32,000 bases of DNA. Source: Delftia acidovorans NBRC 14950. GTDB lineage: Bacteria > Pseudomonadota > Gammaproteobacteria > Burkholderiales > Burkholderiaceae_C. Location of the stretch: contig NZ_BCZP01000025.1 in assembly GCF_001598795.1 (NCBI RefSeq), positions 1 to 32,000 on the forward strand, in the 5' to 3' direction. Within the stretch, counting starts at the first letter, position 1; each line of letters starts with the position of its first letter. This document shows positions 29,475-32,000 of the stretch, in pieces. Both the position numbers and the translations under genes were made by a program. Below the pieces are notes generated by a model. It had not been told where the DNA came from, did no database searches, and worked only from the letters and a program-made list of their open reading frames with translations.

Positions 29475-30212
29475 TCAGCTCCTGGGCGCCAGCAAGGCCG
29501 CGCAGACCAGGCCAGAGACGGCGCCGGCCGCCACATACCAGGCGCCAGGCACCAGCTTGTAGACCAGGGCCGCCGTCAGCAGGCTCACCAGCCAGGGCCG
29601 GCAAGGCCTGACGCCCTTCCACATGCCGCGCAGCAGCACCAGAAACACGGCGGTGAACGCCATGTCGAAGCCGTACTGCTCCAGGTCGCCAATGCGCGGC
29701 CCCAGAAAGGCACCGGCCGCCGTGCACGACACCCAGGCCATGTACAGGCCCGCCGACACGCCCATGTAGTAAGGCAGGCTCACGCGCCGGGCGGCACTGC
29801 GCTGCGCGTCTGCGAGGGCCAGCGCCCAGCTTTCGTCACACATGAAGAACAGGGCCGGCAGCGCCCGGCGCCTGGGCAGATGGCGCAGATAGGGCGCCAG
29901 CGCCGCACCCATCAGGATGTGCCGGCAATTGACCAGGAAGGACATGGCGACGATCAGCAGCACATGCGGCGGCGAGGTCCACAGCCGTATGGCCGTGAAC
30001 TCCGAGCCGCCGCCGAAGTTCATCCCGGTCATGAGAGGAACTTCCAGCGGTGCAAGCCCCTTTTGCACGGCCTGCGCGCCCAGCACCAGGGCAAAGGGCA
30101 CGAAGCCCAGCATCACGGGAATCGCATCCCTGAAGCCGCGAAAGGCCTCGGAACTGCAGGAGACGGAATCTGCCGAAACGGCAGCGGGGGAAAGTGGAAT
30201 GGATGAAGACAT
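29475..30212 (-). CDS. azlC: AzlC-family branched-chain amino acid permease component
   Basis: FRGFRDAIPVMLGFVPFALVLGAQAV...NFGGGSEFTAIRLW matches the AzlC-family N-terminal pattern. 245-aa polytopic membrane protein. Confidence 0.82.
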   Translation of the reverse strand: MSSSIPLSPAAVSADSVSCSSEAFRGFRDAIPVMLGFVPFALVLGAQAVQKGLAPLEVPLMTGMNFGGGSEFTAIRLWTSPPHVLLIVAMSFLVNCRHILMGAALAPYLRHLPRRRALPALFFMCDESWALALADAQRSAARRVSLPYYMGVSAGLYMAWVSCTAAGAFLGPRIGDLEQYGFDMAFTAVFLVLLRGMWKGVRPCRPWLVSLLTAALVYKLVPGAWYVAAGAVSGLVCAALLAPRS

Positions 30213-30532
30213 GGAGAGCGGCGATTGTCGGCCTGCGGCGCTGGAATTTGCTGCCGATTCATGCTTCCATCAGCCATTTCACGGACGTTTATGCCGATTT
30301 ATTCGAGCAACTGGAAATAATCTGCCGCACAAGCGCTGCACAAGCGCCGCTCAACCCATTTCCATGGCTGGCGGCGCTCCTCGGATGGCCGCGCCTGCCC
30401 TCCTGACATTTCACGAAACCCAACAGCCATTGGCTCCCGCCATGCTGCAGTGCGTCGCAAACGGCTGTGCCGGCCAGGGCGGCGGCGGGACCATGAAGCC
30501 CTCATCACTTCGCTTCACCTGAAAGGTTCCCC

Positions 30533-30847
30533 ATGCGCACTTCCCACTTCACCCGCTTCATCACCCTGACCGCCCTCAGCCTGGGCCTGGCCGGCACGGC
30601 ACTCGCCCAGGACGCCACGCCCTCCTCCACTGCTGCCCCCACCGACCTCAGCCGCGCCCAGGTGCTGGCCGACCTGGAAATGTGGCACCGCGCCGGACTC
30701 ACCTATGTCTCGGACCGCGAGATCGATGTCCGCTCCACCGAATACCAGCGCGGCCTGGAGCGTTACCAGCAACTGCGCGCCAGCCCCGCCTACCGCGAGG
30801 CCGTGGCAAGGCTGGAGAAGGGACATGCGGTGGCCCAGGACAAGTGA
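30533..30847 (+). CDS. DUF4148-like small secreted protein
   Basis: Signal peptide MRTSHFTRFITLTALSLGLAGTALAQ, then SRAQVLADLEMWHRAGL, resembling the Burkholderiales DUF4148 pattern. AAAGG lies upstream of the ATG. Confidence 0.6.
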   Translation: MRTSHFTRFITLTALSLGLAGTALAQDATPSSTAAPTDLSRAQVLADLEMWHRAGLTYVSDREIDVRSTEYQRGLERYQQLRASPAYREAVARLEKGHAVAQDK

Positions 30848-30957
30848 GCTTGAAGGCGGCCGGTGGCGGATCTGAGGAGCTGAAAGCCACCGGCGGGTCT
30901 GGATAACCCTGATCCCGTCCCCGGCACCCTCGCGTCACACGGTCAACAGGTGTTTCT

Positions 30958-30982
30958 GCAATAATTGCCGCAACAATCATTG
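30958..30982. promoter_or_regulatory. adjacent AT-rich palindromes (GCAATAATTGC and CAATCATTG), candidate MarR operator
   Basis: A perfect 11-bp palindrome (30958-30968) and a 9-bp palindrome (30974-30982) share the half-site CAAT/ATTG. They lie 30-55 nt upstream of the MarR start. A further CAATTATT is at 30989-30996. Confidence 0.35.
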
Positions 30983-31011
30983 CGCAGTCAATTATTTCAC
31001 CCGCAGACACC

Positions 31012-31548
31012 ATGACCCAGCCTCCCCTGCCCAACGGCCTGCAGCCCTCGGACTTCTACAGCCCAGGCAGCTACACGCCCTTCGAGAGCGTGGGGTTCCT
31101 CATGCGCAAGGTGCTCAGCTCCATCCTCCAGCAGGCCGATGCGCAGTTGGCCGAGCATGAGCTGACCTATGTGCAGTGGCTGCCGCTGTACAAGCTGCTG
31201 CTGTGCAGCGACGCCACGAATGCCGGCATGGCGCGTGACCTGGGGCTGGATCCGGCCTCCATCACGCGGGCGCTGGACCGGCTCGAATCCAAGGGCATGC
31301 TGCGGCGCGAGCGCTCCACGGTGGACCGCCGCGTGGTCAAGCTGGTGCTGACCGATGAAGGCCGTGCCATGGCGGCCAAGGTGCCGCAGGTGCTGTCCAG
31401 CGTCATGAATGCCCATATGGCCGGCTTCAGCCATGACGAGTCGCGCCAGTTGCTGGACATGCTGCGCCGCCTGCTGGCCAACGGCGATGCGATGCGCGCG
31501 CCGGAGGCTGCGCCGCCGGCCCCTGCGCCTGCCACGCCCGCGGCCTGA
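31012..31548 (+). CDS. MarR-family transcriptional regulator
   Basis: Winged helix-turn-helix GMARDLGLDPASITRALDRLESKGMLRRERSTVDRRVVKLVLTDEGR. Ala/Pro-rich C-terminal tail. Confidence 0.9.
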   Translation: MTQPPLPNGLQPSDFYSPGSYTPFESVGFLMRKVLSSILQQADAQLAEHELTYVQWLPLYKLLLCSDATNAGMARDLGLDPASITRALDRLESKGMLRRERSTVDRRVVKLVLTDEGRAMAAKVPQVLSSVMNAHMAGFSHDESRQLLDMLRRLLANGDAMRAPEAAPPAPAPATPAA

Positions 31549-31617
31549 CAGCGCCAGCCCCCTTTTCCGCCCCGGTTTCCGATTTCCTGATTCTTGACCC
31601 CCAACAGGCAGACCACC

Positions 31618-32000
31618 ATGCCCAAATCCTTTGTTTCCGTGTCCGCCGCGCCCCGCCGCGTGGCCGCCGCAGCGGCCACCCTGTGCGCCGCGCTGGCCCT
31701 GGCCGGTTGTGCTTCCCAGGGCCCGGCCCATGAGCCGCTGGCCCGGCTGGGCGCCGCCGAACTGGGTCTGACGGCCCAGTCCGAGACAGCCGCCAATACC
31801 AGCCTGCCCGCCGCCGATTGGTGGAAGTCCCTGGGCGATGCCCAGCTGGATGCGCTGATCGCCCAGGCGCTGCAGGGCAGCCCCAGCCTGGCCATGAGCC
31901 GCGCCCGCTTCGACAAGGCGGCCGCCCTGGCCACGGCCACCAGCACGGCCACCGATGTGCGCGGCACGCTCGGCGTCGACGCCACGCGCCAGCACTACAG
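31618..32000 (+). CDS. outer-membrane efflux lipoprotein (NodT/OprM family), 5' part; continues beyond the window
   Basis: The ATG at 31618 opens a frame with no stop to the window end (not in the ORF track because it is unterminated). Lipobox LALAGC is followed by DWWKSLGDAQLDALIAQALQGSPSL, typical of the NodT-family N-terminus. It directly follows the marR gene. Confidence 0.8.
   Translation, partial: MPKSFVSVSAAPRRVAAAAATLCAALALAGCASQGPAHEPLARLGAAELGLTAQSETAANTSLPAADWWKSLGDAQLDALIAQALQGSPSLAMSRARFDKAAALATATSTATDVRGTLGVDATRQHY

Noticed and set aside
30194-30508. Two 69-70-aa ORFs (30194-30406 +, 30299-30508 -) in the azlC / DUF4148 spacer
   Set aside because: They have no Shine-Dalgarno sequence. 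They overlap each other and the azlC start. The translations are Trp/Arg/Ala-rich with no recognisable features.
30859-30894. Inverted repeat GCCGGTGGC-N18-GCCACCGGC after the DUF4148 gene as a terminator
   Set aside because: The 9-bp stem is real, but the loop is 18 nt and no U-tract follows. I cannot support it as an intrinsic terminator.

Overview
High-GC (roughly 63-65%) betaproteobacterial chromosomal segment. The gene content looks Burkholderiales/Comamonadaceae-like (Bug-family binding protein, DUF4148 protein, FlxA-like protein). Nearly all of it is ordinary catabolism and transport. Left to right: the 3' end of a YD-repeat/LysM protein; a minus-strand LysR - Bug binding protein - family III CoA-transferase - enoyl-CoA hydratase module; a membrane sensor with a degenerate GGDEF domain and an EAL domain; a truncated methyl-accepting chemotaxis protein (MCP) remnant beside an AT-rich gene-poor island; a gluconate/Entner-Doudoroff operon (gntK - TRAP QMP - edd - eda) with a divergent LacI-type repressor and two identical palindromic operators; an orphan cheV; a propionyl-CoA to succinyl-CoA operon (methylmalonyl-CoA mutase, MeaB, PccB, PccA) with a divergent GntR/FCD regulator; an acyl-CoA synthetase; an intact MCP; a FlxA-like protein; azlCD; a DUF4148 protein; and a MarR regulator followed by the start of an outer-membrane efflux lipoprotein. 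I found no CRISPR array, transposase or integrase, tRNA or rRNA, toxin-antitoxin pair or recognisable defence system, and I cannot support a new multi-gene system here. The least ordinary observations are: (1) an exact 18-nt AT-rich palindrome-containing direct repeat that brackets the intact MCP gene; (2) the MCP 3' remnant abutting a perfect 22-bp-stem palindrome and a ~340-bp AT-rich island; (3) a TRAP transporter inside the gluconate operon; (4) a possible frameshift in the LysM end of the YD-repeat gene; (5) a GC-rich structured 211-nt spacer between pccB and pccA. All product calls rest on motifs recognised by eye in the supplied translations. No database search was possible.
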